Source of the DNA: Haliotis cracherodii
Lineage: Eukaryota
Direction of reading: 5' to 3'
DNA length: 64,000 nucleotides
Assembly: GCF_022045235.1 (NCBI RefSeq)
Contig: NW_027266343.1
Coordinates: forward strand, 16,926,001 to 16,990,000
Under the pieces are notes generated by a model. That model was not told where the DNA came from. It ran no database searches and saw only the letters and a list, made by a program, of their open reading frames with translations. Each line of letters opens with the position of its first letter. Position 1 is the first letter of the stretch. Shown here in pieces: positions 63,384 through 64,000 of the stretch. A program made the translations under genes and the position numbers.

Positions 63384-64000
63384 TTGAATTCACTCGTCTG
63401 AATGTATGACGATAATGCAACAACTCCACTTATCAACTGTGTATACAAAGCTAAAGGAACCAAAATGTGTGCTCGTACTTATCAGTTCTATCAACTTCTA
63501 TACATTGAACAAATTATGAAATTGTGTGTTCGGTCTTAACTGCTAAAAATATACCCTAAAGTATTCAAGATCCCTAACTTTTTGTTTAGTATTTTTTGTA
63601 TCAACCTCAATCCTTACATGTGGTAAGCGAATATTTACAGAAAAATGAAATCCAAATTGTTATATGAATAAAACGGTCATTTCAAAGAAGGAATATAGTA
63701 TATAACTCATGCTTGCATAAACAAGCAACCCAGCATTTAGGCCGTAGGGAATAGACAGACATACAGACAGATTTGGTTCGTATATGTGGCCATGAGGCCA
63801 ATAGTACAATCATAATGAAATTTTGTTGTAGGACAGTTCGTCGTGGAGCACCACTTGTATATTATAACTGAATAGATGTACACATTTGAGTTTTATTAAT
63901 ATTAAATGAATCATCCTTCTTATCAACAAAAAACTGCAAGTATGGATTATATTTCTGTTCAACGTCCTGTTTATAACAGTTATTCGGGAAGCTTTATTAT

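Overview
Animal genomic DNA, AT-rich and repeat-rich; probably a mollusc such as abalone (inferred from the repeat families, not proven). The only protein-coding gene I can support is a four-exon Hhex/Hex (PRH) homeobox gene on the minus strand. Its CDS exons are 35237-35744, 20532-20719, 19580-19630 and 18923-19096, giving 306 aa with an eh1 motif, a Hex-type homeodomain and an acidic tail; intron 1 is 14.5 kb. The rest is a gene-poor landscape containing: (1) at least four short retroposon families, three with tRNA heads and one with no tRNA head but a fixed, structured 5' end, most sharing one 3' tail and several with target-site duplications (TSDs); (2) a candidate LINE 3'-end fragment carrying that tail; (3) two R4/Dong-like retrotransposon 3' fragments; (4) small MITEs; (5) minisatellite arrays with 22, 24, 35, 39, 47 and ~96 bp units; (6) microsatellites, local duplications and six N runs. 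I see no convincing new protein-coding system. The best novelty candidates are the headless retroposon family, a doubly nested insertion and possible Hhex cis-regulatory modules.
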